Source of the DNA: Candidatus Krumholzibacteriia bacterium
GTDB lineage: Bacteria; Krumholzibacteriota; Krumholzibacteriia; LZORAL124-64-63
Assembly (NCBI GenBank): GCA_050174015.1
Contig: JBFXKG010000005.1
Location: forward strand, 128,001-192,000
Length of the DNA: 64,000 nucleotides
Direction of reading: 5' to 3'
Both the position numbers and the translations under genes were made by a program. Under the pieces are notes generated by a model. That model made no database searches and was not told the DNA's origin. It saw only the letters and a list, made by a program, of their open reading frames with translations. This document shows positions 19,678 through 29,393 of this stretch, one piece after another. How positions within the stretch are numbered: position 1 is the first letter of the stretch; every line of letters starts with the position of its first letter.

Positions 19678-20328
19678 CTACCGGAAGAGCGACTTGACGG
19701 CGCCGAAGGATTCGGTCTCGGGGGAGTCGAAGGTCTTGGCGGGAGAGAGGTCCCGCATGAGGCCGGCGAAGTCCCCGCCGGCGGCGCTGGCGCTGGGGCC
19801 GATGATGGCGTAGGTGTTGACGCCGTCCGAAACGAAGGTGCTGTAGAACGTCTGGCCGTGGCCGCGGGCGCCGGTGCGGGAGTTGGCGATGCCGCCGACG
19901 GTCACGCCGAAGCTGGGGTTCCCCAGGATGTCGGGGTCGATTCCGGAGAAGGTCACGGACTCACCGGGGGAGAAACCGGAGAAGAAGGCGATGACCCGCT
20001 CGGTGTCGATGCCGGTGGTGCTGGTCAGGGTCGCCGGCCCGGAAAAGGCGCCGAAGGTGTCCCAGATGATGTGGCCGTCGTTGGCGCTCGCGCCGTCGAT
20101 GCCCCAGGCGTCGATATCCACGGGGGCGTTGTTGACGATGGTCAGGTTGATGGCGAAGGAGGTCGCGGGTCCGGGGAAGGTGCAGGTGGCGTTGGCCACG
20201 TCGGCGAAGATGGGGGGTTCCAGGGTTCCCTTGCCCGCATGGGTGACGTTGAGGTCGGAATCGGCGAAGGCGGCGGGGCCGGCGATCATGACGGCGAAAG
20301 CCAGAGCGAGTACGGTCAGTTTCTTCAT
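19678..20328 (-). CDS. secreted protein with FGxxK C-terminal tail
   Basis: GGAGG RBS, MKKLTVLALAF…AFA signal peptide; ends ESFGAVKSLFR. Confidence 0.85.
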   Translation of the reverse strand: MKKLTVLALAFAVMIAGPAAFADSDLNVTHAGKGTLEPPIFADVANATCTFPGPATSFAINLTIVNNAPVDIDAWGIDGASANDGHIIWDTFGAFSGPATLTSTTGIDTERVIAFFSGFSPGESVTFSGIDPDILGNPSFGVTVGGIANSRTGARGHGQTFYSTFVSDGVNTYAIIGPSASAAGGDFAGLMRDLSPAKTFDSPETESFGAVKSLFR

Positions 20329-20583
20329 GGTGGTCCTCCGATCCAGGGCCTTTGGCAAGGCCGCAGGGTGGTATGCGTCCGGTGGGTCGGCACTCCGGAT
20401 TCCGGCCCGTAACCCACGCGCGGCGGGTCGCCGACGCGCTGGCGCCATGGCCGGATCTCCCCTCCCGCCGACCGCACCCTGAGATTGGTTTCCAATGAAA
20501 TTGGATCCAAGTTCAAAACCATACACCATGGACCCCGGGTAGAACAAGACCAAAATTGTCTATCATGAGCCCGATCCCCGGGA

Positions 20584-20800
20584 TCATCCGAGGATCAGCA
20601 CCTTCCGCGTCAGCTCCTGCCTGACTCCTGGCCCACTCACCAGCAACCGGGCGAAATAGGTTCCGTCGGCCACCGGCCGCCCGTCCCGGTCACGGCCGTC
20701 CCGACTGACCGCCTGGGGACCGAGGTCCTGTTCCGCTTTCAGCACGATCCGCAGGCGGCGGCCCCTGACGGCGAAGATCACCAGCCGGGCATGAATGAAA
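20584..20800 (-). pseudogene. orphan FlgD-Ig/T9SS-type C-terminal domain fragment
   Basis: ARLVIFAVRGRRLR…RDGRDRDGRPVADGTYFARL…TRKVLIL matches the CTD pattern; no signal peptide or passenger domain; the usual WDG reads RDG. Confidence 0.65.
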
Positions 20801-21076
20801 TGAAGCGTTCAAACCCAATCGCAGTGCTAGGATTCCAAGCCTACCGGCACAGGCATTCCTTGGGTTGCGCCAAATCTCTTTTCATTGGATAAAATCGGAA
20901 AAAATCCTATTTTTGTCCTGGGGTTTTGAAAATTTATTTTCTTTTGTTGAAAATCTGTTACGATCAGTTGGCACCTGGGACTCGCCCCCGAATGCATCAC
21001 CCTCGGGTCACCCGTCCCTCCATCCGGACATCTTGCCCTGCCCTGCCGCCGGCAGGAACCCTGGAGGTCTGCACTC

Positions 21077-21778
21077 ATGAAATCCTTGCTCGCGATCATC
21101 GCCCTGTTGACCCTGGCCGCGCCCGCCCTGGCCGGTCCCATCTACGACATGGAGGTCGGCGGCCTGTACGCCGAAGGGGACTACGTGACCGTGGTCTGCG
21201 CCACGGTGACGGCCGTCACCGCCTACGGTTGCGCCATCGCCGAGTCCCCGTTCCAGATGGGCAACAGCACCTGGGTCTATCTGGGGGCCGGCCACACCGC
21301 GCAGGTGGGGGACATCGTCACGGTGTATGCGCCCTACTTCGAGTACTACGAGCTCACCGAACTGGATGTGGGCCACTACACGACGGCCGTCCCGGCAGCC
21401 ACCTTCACCAAGGTGGGGGTCTGCACGATCATGCCCGATCCCATCCCCCTGACGGCCGCGGCAATCATGGCCGCTCCCGAACACTACGAGAGTTGCATCG
21501 TCTGGCTGACCGACGGGTTCCTGGTGACCGACATCCTGACCTACGGCGAATGGCTGGCGGACAGCCACGAGACCGGGACGCAAATCTACTTCGACGATTA
21601 CTGGTTCGACGAGACGGGCCTGATGGTCGGCGACTGCGCCAACTGGGCCCTCGGAATGTGGACCTACAACTTCGGCGCCTTCAAGCTGGAGCCCTTCGTG
21701 GACGGCTTCCCCCCGGTGGATTGCACGGTGGATGCGGAGCGGTCGAGCCTGGGCGGCATCAAGGCTCTCTTCAGGTAG
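21077..21778 (+). CDS. secreted acidic protein, probable OB-fold repeats, with LGxxK tail
   Basis: signal peptide; VTAV…GDIVTV…EYYELTEL pattern resembles OB folds of extracellular nucleases; ends SSLGGIKALFR. Confidence 0.8.
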   Translation: MKSLLAIIALLTLAAPALAGPIYDMEVGGLYAEGDYVTVVCATVTAVTAYGCAIAESPFQMGNSTWVYLGAGHTAQVGDIVTVYAPYFEYYELTELDVGHYTTAVPAATFTKVGVCTIMPDPIPLTAAAIMAAPEHYESCIVWLTDGFLVTDILTYGEWLADSHETGTQIYFDDYWFDETGLMVGDCANWALGMWTYNFGAFKLEPFVDGFPPVDCTVDAERSSLGGIKALFR

Positions 21779-21800
21779 CCATCCCGGATCCGGATCGCAA

Positions 21801-21831
21801 CGGGCCCGGCGTCTGCCGGGCCCGATTTTTT
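21801..21831 (+). terminator. intrinsic terminator
   Basis: CGGGCCCGGC-GTCT-GCCGGGCCCG followed by a T run. Confidence 0.85.
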
Positions 21832-21904
21832 GCCGCCTTGCTGTCGGACTGTTTCACTCCGAAATTGTCGCGGACCTCGAACATCCCATCAGCAGGAGGA
21901 CCAG

Positions 21905-22693
21905 ATGAAAACCCCCGCTCTTGTTCCGATCCTCGCCGTCGCCCTGACCCTGAGCCAGGGGACCGCGGCTGCGGCCATCGCCCACAAGACCGTCACCTTC
22001 GAACACGACGGCGTCGTTCTCGAGGGCTACCTTGCCTGGGATGATGCCCTGGATGGCCCCCGGCCCGGCGTCCTGGTGGTCCACCAGTGGCTGGGACTCG
22101 GCGACAACGAACGCATGCGGGCGGACATGCTCGCGGAACTGGGCTACATCGCCCTGGCCACCGACGTCTACGGGCAGGGGGTCCGTCCTGCGGACACGTC
22201 GGAAGCCGGCCGGGAAGCGGGCAAGTACTACGGCGACCGGGAGCTGTTCCGTGCGCGCCTGGCCGCCGGTCTGGCGGAGCTTCGGCGCCAGCCGGGTGTG
22301 GATCAGGAGCGCATCGCGGCGATCGGGTACTGCTTCGGCGGCGGCGGCGTGCTGGAACTCGCCCGGTCCGGCGCCGACATTGACGGCGTGGTCAGCTTCC
22401 ATGGCAGCCTCGACACGCCGTTGCCGGCGGAGGCCGGGGCCATCAAGGGCAAGATCCTGGTGTGCCACGGTGCGGTCGATCCCTACGTCAAGCCGGAGGC
22501 GGTCCATGGGTTCCTGGAGGAGATGGAGGCGGTGGGCGCGGACTACCAGCTGATCATGTACGCCGGGGCCGTCCACGCCTTCACCCAGAAGGGCGCGGGG
22601 GACGATCCGTCGCGCGGTGCGGCCTACGACGAGAAGGCGGACCGCCGGTCGTGGCGGGCGATGCAGGACTTCCTGGAAGAGGTCTTCCGATAG
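21905..22693 (+). CDS. dienelactone hydrolase family protein (exported)
   Basis: GYCFGG nucleophile elbow, SFHG, HAFT; N-terminal signal peptide. Confidence 0.92.
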   Translation: MKTPALVPILAVALTLSQGTAAAAIAHKTVTFEHDGVVLEGYLAWDDALDGPRPGVLVVHQWLGLGDNERMRADMLAELGYIALATDVYGQGVRPADTSEAGREAGKYYGDRELFRARLAAGLAELRRQPGVDQERIAAIGYCFGGGGVLELARSGADIDGVVSFHGSLDTPLPAEAGAIKGKILVCHGAVDPYVKPEAVHGFLEEMEAVGADYQLIMYAGAVHAFTQKGAGDDPSRGAAYDEKADRRSWRAMQDFLEEVFR

Positions 22694-22699
22694 TGCCGG

Positions 22700-23947
22700 T
22701 CAGGACGTCGTGAGATCCTTCAGGACCCGGACGGTCCGCCAGACCTCGTGGAAGGTCCCGTACAAGGGCGAGGGGCAGATGCGGACCACGTCTGGGGGAC
22801 GGAAATCGGGAACGATTCCCCGCTCGATGAGAGCCTCGCACACCTGAGCGGCCCCCGAGGGGATCTCCACGGCGACGTGGCCGCCCCGCCGCTCGGGCTC
22901 CCGCGGGGTGCCGATGACCAGGCCGTGGTCCGGTCCCGTCGGTTCGGCATCGATCAGCTCCATCAGGTAGCCGGTCAGGGCGAGGGACCGTGCGCGGATC
23001 CGCTCGATCCCGGCCTCGGCGATCACCGCCAGCGAACCGAGCAGGGTGGACGAGCCGAGGATGCCGGGCGAGGATATCTGCCAGCGCCCCGCCGTGGCCT
23101 GGGGCCTGAATTCCGGATCCATCTCGAACTGGGTGTCCTTGTCGTTGCCGAACCAGCCGCAAAGCAGGGGTTCGCGGTCCCAGTGCCGGCGGTTGACGTA
23201 GAGGAAAGCCGAGGCTCCCGGCCCCCCGTTGAGATACTTGTAGCTGCACCAGACCGCGAAATCGACGCCCCAGTCGTCGAGCCGGTGGATGACGGCGCCG
23301 GCGGAGTGGCTGCAATCGAGACCCAGGGGGATGCCCCGTTCCCTCGCCGCCGCCGCCAGGTAGGCCACGTCCAGCAGCTGGCCGCTCCGATACAGGACCG
23401 AGGGCAGGAAGACCAGGGCGACCTCCTCGGTCATCAGGCCGACGATGGCCCGTTCGTCGAGCGTGCGGCCGTCGGGGCTGGGAACGAGGACGAGGTCCCG
23501 CCCGGGGTCGCGGCCCCGCAGCTTCAGCTGGCCCTGCAGGGCGTAGAGGTCGGTGGGGAAGTTGAGGCTGTCGGCGAGGATCTTCACGCGGGCGCCGGCG
23601 GGCCGGTAGAAGCTGCTGACCAGGGCGTGGATGTTCACCGTGACCGTGGCCGAGTGGATCACGGCCTCGGGTTCGGCCCCCATCAGGGATGCCATCAGGG
23701 CGCCGACGCGCTCGGCGCGGTGGAACCAGGGGGACTCGCCGGTGAACCATCCGGACACGCCGCAGGTCCGCCATTCGTCCAGGGTCTGCAGGAGGGCGGC
23801 CTCGGCTTCCCGGGACAGCAGGCCCAGGGAATTGCCGTCCATGTAGATCACGCCCGGCAGCAGGTGGAACCGGGATCGGAAGCCGCGCAAAGGGTCGGCG
23901 GCGTCGAGAGCGAGAGCGCGGGCCTCGCTGGTGTCGATCGGTGCCAT
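22700..23947 (-). CDS. kynU: kynureninase
   Basis: YMDGNSLG, NFPTDLY, D.SHSAG, WCSYKYLNGGPG, RRGGHV. Confidence 0.93.
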   Translation of the reverse strand: MAPIDTSEARALALDAADPLRGFRSRFHLLPGVIYMDGNSLGLLSREAEAALLQTLDEWRTCGVSGWFTGESPWFHRAERVGALMASLMGAEPEAVIHSATVTVNIHALVSSFYRPAGARVKILADSLNFPTDLYALQGQLKLRGRDPGRDLVLVPSPDGRTLDERAIVGLMTEEVALVFLPSVLYRSGQLLDVAYLAAAARERGIPLGLDCSHSAGAVIHRLDDWGVDFAVWCSYKYLNGGPGASAFLYVNRRHWDREPLLCGWFGNDKDTQFEMDPEFRPQATAGRWQISSPGILGSSTLLGSLAVIAEAGIERIRARSLALTGYLMELIDAEPTGPDHGLVIGTPREPERRGGHVAVEIPSGAAQVCEALIERGIVPDFRPPDVVRICPSPLYGTFHEVWRTVRVLKDLTTS

Positions 23948-23957
23948 GGTCCTCCGG

Positions 23958-24842
23958 TCAGGTGCAGACCCGATTGCGGCCCGCCTGCTTGGCGCGGTAC
24001 AGGGCCTCGTCCGCGCGCCGCAACAGGCCTTCGGCACCTTCGCCGATGACCAGGGCGGCGGCCCCGATGCTGATGGTGGGTTCGAGCGTGATCCCATCCT
24101 TGCAGTAGTCATGGGCCTCGACGGCGGCGCGGATCCGTTCGGCCACCTCGACGGATCCGTTGAGCGACGTTCCCACCAGGAAGGCCATGAACTCGTCCCC
24201 GCCGTACCGGCTGGCCAGACCCTTGCCGGCCACGAGGCTCCCGATCAGCTTGCCGGTCTCGGCGATCGAGAAGGCGCCGAACTGGTGTCCATGGGTATCG
24301 TTGATCCGCTTGAGCCCGTCCATGTCCATCATCAGCATGCCCAGGGGGGTGGACGAGCCGTGGGCGACGGCGATGTGGCGCGCCAGCTCCTCGTCGAAGC
24401 GGCGCTTCGAAGGCAGGCCGGTGAGCTCGTCGACGGTGATCAGCTTCTCCATCTCGCCCATGTAGTGGACGTCCACCGCGTCGGCCAGGGAGAACTTCAG
24501 GATGGTCTTGCCCATGATGATCTTGTCGCCGGTCGACAGGGGCTGTTCGGTGATGCGGCGATCGTTGACGAACGTGCCGTTGGAGCTGTCGAGGTCGCTG
24601 ACCAGATAGCCGTCCGTTGCGGGGCAGTAGCTGACGCGGCCGTGCCTCCGCGAGATGGCGTTGTCCACCACCATGATGTCGGCGTCCGCCGAGCGGCCGA
24701 AAACGAAGGCGTCCTTGGCCAGGAGGATGACCCGGCCCATCTGGGGACCGTTCAGGAACGTGAGGATGGGCTGGCGCCGGTGGAACCGGCCGTCCTGGTT
24801 GAAGTCCGGATCGAAGAGTTCGGTGTCGGTGTGGTCGCGCAT
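23958..24842 (-). CDS. FHA-domain diguanylate cyclase
   Basis: FHA (GR, SRRH, SSNGTFVN) followed by GGDEF (INDTHGH, RYGGDEF, ADEALYRAKQAGRNR). Confidence 0.92.
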   Translation of the reverse strand: MRDHTDTELFDPDFNQDGRFHRRQPILTFLNGPQMGRVILLAKDAFVFGRSADADIMVVDNAISRRHGRVSYCPATDGYLVSDLDSSNGTFVNDRRITEQPLSTGDKIIMGKTILKFSLADAVDVHYMGEMEKLITVDELTGLPSKRRFDEELARHIAVAHGSSTPLGMLMMDMDGLKRINDTHGHQFGAFSIAETGKLIGSLVAGKGLASRYGGDEFMAFLVGTSLNGSVEVAERIRAAVEAHDYCKDGITLEPTISIGAAALVIGEGAEGLLRRADEALYRAKQAGRNRVCT

Positions 24843-25315
24843 CCCCCGTCTCCGCACTTGGAGGGTTCGGTCCTTTCGGGCGCTTTCGGGAACCCGGCCG
24901 TCGCCGCTGACATGATATACCAAGCGAAGTGAGCCGGCCGATGCAGTTCGGCCCGTGAGCATATACCCTGTCGGGGCGGCTTACAACCGCGGGATGGACA
25001 GTGTGATGGACAGGCGGGGCGGAGTCTCCCCGGGAATTCCGAGCCCGGCTACCCTGCGGACAGAGTCCAAGTCGGTCATCGCCTCCTGCCGGCTCCGGTT
25101 GCTCGGCGCGCTCTGGCAAGGCGAACCATAGCCGATGGTTCCACTGACGAAACGTTGATCGGGCCGCGACGAACCGGCCGAGTCGGGTCGCCCACCGGTG
25201 ATTCAGGTCTTCAACTTCTCACCTTCGAACCATCGCACTTGGTCCCGCTCTGCTGACGCTTCCAGCGCGGCTTCCGCGGGGAAGGAGATTCCCGAGGTGG
25301 CGCCCCCGGCGCCGG

Positions 25316-26494
25316 TCATCCCTGGGGCTTGACCTCCGCCGCCGGCAATCCCAGCGGCCTCGCCTCCGGCGCCGGCAACCCCTGCGCTCCCTGAGCCTTC
25401 TCGTGGACGTGCCGGTGGCAGGCGCCGCAGAGGGTGATCAGGTTGTCGGGCCTGTTCGTGCCGCCCCGGGCCCGCGGCAGGACGTGATGGACCTCCAAAA
25501 ACCGGGTGTTCCTGCAACCGGGCCCCTGGCAGCGGTGGCCGTCCCGGGCCAGCACCCGCCGCCGCACACTCGGCGCAATGGTGGCGTTGTTGCGCCCGGT
25601 CCGGGGATCTTCGCTGCGGGAATCGCAGGCCACCCGTCCGGCGTCCCCCGGGCCGAAGGTCACCTCCCCCCGGCTGGTCGAAGCCGAAAAACGGCCGCAA
25701 TCGGGGCATTGGCGTACGTGAACCTGGAAAGAGGTCCCCCGGAGGGCCCGCTCGGGGAGGGCGGCGGAGGCGCCGGCGGAGGTGCTGGTCGAGGCGCCGA
25801 CGGAGGCATCGGCGGAGACCCCGGCCTCGGTGTCGAGCTGCCCCCCACCCAGGGCGTCCTCCAGCAACGCATCCAACCCTGCGAGGATCCGCTCGACCCG
25901 ATCTGCGCCGTCACCAGCCTTGGTCAGGCGCTCCTGAAGGGCCTCGAACCGGGCGAACTGCTCGGGGGTCATCTCCAGGGACACCTTGACCGGGACCGCC
26001 GCTGCGAGCCGCCGCTCACGGGGCGCCGCCGGGATCAGTTCCCCCTGACCGGGCGAGGTCCTCAGGTCGGCGGCCTGGGCCCGGACCCTGGCGACGTCCT
26101 CAGCCAGTCTGCCCCTCGGGGTCGAGCAGGCCACCTTCACCCATTCCTTCTCGGTGGCCGGGGTGGCGACCTTGATGATCTCCCGGGCCTTGGTGTAGCC
26201 GAGCTTGCCTGTCTCCAGGGATTTCCTGATCTGCGGCAGGTCGTCCAGCTTGCGGGCCATGCGGACGAAATCCCCGGTCCTGGTCCGGGAGAAGCCGAGT
26301 TCCTGCCGGGCGTAGATCTGGATGGAAGGGAATCCGAGATCCCGGAACAGACCGCGCGCCATGACGTCGGCGAACCAGAGGACGGCGCAGTGGCGGGCAT
26401 GGTCCATGACCCGGACGGCCTGCTGGAGGGCGGCGTGGGCGGCGGCGGCGGTCTGGCCGGGCTGGAAGACGGGTAGGACGGTGTTGGCAGGCAT
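25316..26494 (-). CDS. HNH endonuclease with DUF222-like helical N-terminal region
   Basis: VLARDGHRCQGPGC…EVHH…GGTN…NLITLCGACH…H; AGGAGG RBS before ATG 26494. Confidence 0.88.
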   Translation of the reverse strand: MPANTVLPVFQPGQTAAAAHAALQQAVRVMDHARHCAVLWFADVMARGLFRDLGFPSIQIYARQELGFSRTRTGDFVRMARKLDDLPQIRKSLETGKLGYTKAREIIKVATPATEKEWVKVACSTPRGRLAEDVARVRAQAADLRTSPGQGELIPAAPRERRLAAAVPVKVSLEMTPEQFARFEALQERLTKAGDGADRVERILAGLDALLEDALGGGQLDTEAGVSADASVGASTSTSAGASAALPERALRGTSFQVHVRQCPDCGRFSASTSRGEVTFGPGDAGRVACDSRSEDPRTGRNNATIAPSVRRRVLARDGHRCQGPGCRNTRFLEVHHVLPRARGGTNRPDNLITLCGACHRHVHEKAQGAQGLPAPEARPLGLPAAEVKPQG

Positions 26495-26534
26495 GGTTCT
26501 CCTCCTGGGAATCCGGGAGGAGTGGATTGGGAAT

Positions 26535-26563
26535 ATTATAGCGAAAAAACAGCGAAAACGCAA
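26535..26563 (-). promoter_or_regulatory. sigma70 promoter of the HNH gene
   Basis: minus strand TTGCGT-N17-TATAAT about 40 bp upstream of the start. Confidence 0.7.
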
Positions 26564-26878
26564 GGGGAAAATGAGATTTCTTTGACGCCGCGGCGGGGGC
26601 GAATCCATCCCCCGAGGGACCCAGAAGGTCGAAAACGGTCTCCAATTGGTGGTTTGGAGGCGTTTTCGACCAAGGCGGGGACCATCCCCCGACCCCATCA
26701 CCCTCCACAGGAATCCGCCCTGGGGGCGGCCCGGCGGAGGGCGGGGTGGCGCTGGCGGAAATGTTCCGAACTCTGCGGCCGGTGGCGCGACTTCGGCCCT
26801 CTTTGGCGTGTACTCGCCCGAGCCGAGGCCTTATCTTGGCGGGATTCCGCCGTCGTTCGCCCCTTCCGGGAGCCGTGG

Positions 26879-28126
26879 ATGAGGTCCCTGCAGACCCGTT
26901 GGCCCGAATTCCTCACCTGTCTGGTCGCCGTGGCCATGGCCGTCTCGGTGTCCGCCGGCAACATCGGCCTCGGCCTGCTGGCGGTGGCCGCCCTGGTCCG
27001 GACCGGCGCCGGGAAGAGGGGGTCGCGGGCCTCCCTGGGGCGTCCGATCCTCGCCTCCCTGCCGCGTCCGATCCTCGCCTCCCTCGCCGCGGCGATCCTC
27101 TGCAACCTCCTGGCGACGCTGCTGGCCGAACCCGGTTCCTCCCACTGGGCCAAGCTGGTGGAGGAATGGTGGATCAAGCTCGCACTGGTCGTCGTGCCCC
27201 TGGTCCTTGCGGGGACCGGTCGCTCCGCCGAGCGGGTCGCGGTCGTTGCCCTGACGGCCGGGCTGGCCGCCGGCGGGTACGGCATCGTGCAGCACTTCCT
27301 GGGCTGGGATTACGTGCGCGACCGGGAGCTCTTCCGCACCGGTCCCTATTACCTCATCGTCGGGTTTTCCGGGCACCACCTGAGCCTCGGCGGGCAGCTC
27401 CTCCTCTACCTGACGATGACCCTCTCCTGGCTGGCCCACCAGGCGGGGCTCCGCGCCCGAACCGCCTACCCGTCCGTCATCATGACCCTGGTGTTCGCCT
27501 TGGCCCTGGTCTGGACCTTCGCCCGCAGTTCCTATCTCGGCCTCCTGGTCGCAGGTGTCGTGCTTGCCGCGACCTTGCCGGCCTCCCGCCGCCGGTGGGG
27601 CGTTCTCACCCTGGCCGTGGTGGTGATCGCAGCCATGGCGGTCGCTCCGATCCGCGAAAGGGTGACCGAGACCTTCACCGACACCACGGAGATCGGGCGG
27701 GTCAACCTGTGGCGCAGCTCGGTTGAAGGGCTGAAGGCCAAGCCCGTCCTGGGCTGGGGACCCGGCAACTTCGACCGCATGATGAGCCGTCACGAGGTGC
27801 CGGGTTTCTACGAGGTCCGCGGCCACGCCCACAACGATTACCTGATGCAGGGGGTCAACGCGGGACTGCTGGGTCTGGCGGCCTTCCTGTGGCTGCAGGT
27901 GGAGATCTTCAGGCACCTGTGGCGGGGTTGGCGCCGCCTGGGCGGATGGGTGCTGCCGGGACTGCTGGCGAGCCAGGCCGGCCTGCTCGCGGCCGGGTTC
28001 TTCCAGGTCTACCAGACCGACGACGAGCCCGAGATGCTGCTGTACTTCCTGCTGGGCCTGGGTCTGGCCGCCTACGGGTCCCGCGGTGGGGAGAAGGGGG
28101 CCGCATCCGGCACTCCGACTCCTTGA
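26879..28126 (+). CDS. O-antigen ligase (Wzy_C) family membrane protein
   Basis: multi-TM; TFARSSYLG, R.NLW…PVLGWGPGNF, HAHNDYLM. Confidence 0.85.
   Translation: MRSLQTRWPEFLTCLVAVAMAVSVSAGNIGLGLLAVAALVRTGAGKRGSRASLGRPILASLPRPILASLAAAILCNLLATLLAEPGSSHWAKLVEEWWIKLALVVVPLVLAGTGRSAERVAVVALTAGLAAGGYGIVQHFLGWDYVRDRELFRTGPYYLIVGFSGHHLSLGGQLLLYLTMTLSWLAHQAGLRARTAYPSVIMTLVFALALVWTFARSSYLGLLVAGVVLAATLPASRRRWGVLTLAVVVIAAMAVAPIRERVTETFTDTTEIGRVNLWRSSVEGLKAKPVLGWGPGNFDRMMSRHEVPGFYEVRGHAHNDYLMQGVNAGLLGLAAFLWLQVEIFRHLWRGWRRLGGWVLPGLLASQAGLLAAGFFQVYQTDDEPEMLLYFLLGLGLAAYGSRGGEKGAASGTPTP
27041..27084 (+). repeat. in-frame direct repeat with 24-nt period
   Basis: CGTCCGATCCTCGCCTCCCT twice (27041, 27065), encoding RPILASL x2. 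Confidence 0.85.
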
Positions 28127-28250
28127 CCGGACCGGGACCCCTCCCTATCGTCATTCATCGACCAGCCTCGCGACCCGCTCGTCGTCCCGCCTTCGCCCCG
28201 TTCGCCATGTCGAGTTCGGCTTGACCCCACAGGCGAAAAGAGGGCATGAC

Positions 28251-28847
28251 ATGAATCGCACGACCAATCTCATCCTCCTGGCCGCGACCGCCGGGGCGGC
28301 GTTCATCTTCGCCGGATGCACCGACGAGGGGGTCATCACGGCGCCGGATCCGGGCAAGGGGTATCCCGAGGCCGTCACCCCGGACCTCCTGGTGGACAAC
28401 CTGGTGAGGGCCTATGCCGAGCGGGCGATCGACGCCTACGCCCTGCTGCTGGACGAGGATTTCGCCTTCACCTTGCGGCCCTGCGACGTGGCGGACCTGG
28501 GCCTGAAGAGCGACCACTGGGGCAAGCAGGACGAGCTGGCGGCCGTGTCACGAATGTTCTCGGGCCGTCCCCACGTGCGGGATGACGGGACCGTCGTGCC
28601 GGCGGTCACGGCCATCGAGGTGGAATACTGTCTCCCGCTGACCGGGTGGGAGGATGCCGGAGATCCGGATCGCGACGGGGTGCAGCGCGCGGTCTACGAC
28701 CTGCGGGTGCGTTTCATGCGGGAGGAGGCCACGGACCTGATGGTGTCCGGTCCGAGCACTTTCTTCGCGGTTCCGGTGGCTGATCCGCGCGGTGCGGAGC
28801 GCTATCGCCTGCTGGGCTGGATCGACCAGTCCTTGCCCTGCGATTGA
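28251..28847 (+). CDS. hypothetical lipoprotein
   Basis: lipobox FAGC; NTF2-like pattern (Y..LLDEDF.F). Confidence 0.7.
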   Translation: MNRTTNLILLAATAGAAFIFAGCTDEGVITAPDPGKGYPEAVTPDLLVDNLVRAYAERAIDAYALLLDEDFAFTLRPCDVADLGLKSDHWGKQDELAAVSRMFSGRPHVRDDGTVVPAVTAIEVEYCLPLTGWEDAGDPDRDGVQRAVYDLRVRFMREEATDLMVSGPSTFFAVPVADPRGAERYRLLGWIDQSLPCD

Positions 28848-28884
28848 CGAAGACGGGACCGGGGGATGGGCCGGCCGTGCCGGC

Positions 28885-29310
28885 CTATCCCGTCGTCAGG
28901 ACGACAATGCCGCCGATGGTCAGGGCCATGCCGATGAGGACGCGGGCGGTCAGGGGCTCGCCGCCGATCATCACCGCGAGCAGGGCCCCGAACAGGGGCG
29001 AGGTGAAGGCGATGGGCATGACTTTGGTCAACGGCGCACCCTTGAGCGCGGTGTAGAAGCAGAGCATGCCGATGGAGCCGGCCACCACGCCGCCGCCGAG
29101 GATCATGTACACCAGGGCCCGGGTCGGCGCCTGGGTGACGGCCTTCCAGTGGGGAGCGCTGGCCAGACCCAGGATCACCAGGGCCACGGCGGTGCGCAGG
29201 GTGATCCCCAGCTGGGGGGGCAGGTTGCCCAGGTGCAGGCCGCGTTTCTCGAAGTAGCCGCCGACTCCCCAGGCGATGGCGGTCAGCAGGGCGAAGATCT
29301 GGGGTTTCAT
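28885..29310 (-). CDS. EamA/DMT family small transporter
   Basis: ALLTAIAWG…K.GL, FY.ALK…KVMPI, GEPLT; about 5 TM. Confidence 0.85.
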   Translation of the reverse strand: MKPQIFALLTAIAWGVGGYFEKRGLHLGNLPPQLGITLRTAVALVILGLASAPHWKAVTQAPTRALVYMILGGGVVAGSIGMLCFYTALKGAPLTKVMPIAFTSPLFGALLAVMIGGEPLTARVLIGMALTIGGIVVLTTG

Positions 29311-29393
29311 GAAGCGGGGCGCCTCCCGGTTGGATTTTCCAGGAGGCACTATGCGCGGCGGTGGGGGTGGCGGTCAAGGGGATCGCGGACCGG

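Noticed and set aside
25140..25200. CTGACGA suggesting a hammerhead ribozyme core downstream of the HNH gene
   Set aside because: No stem II followed by GAAA could be formed, and it lies on the strand opposite the HNH transcript.
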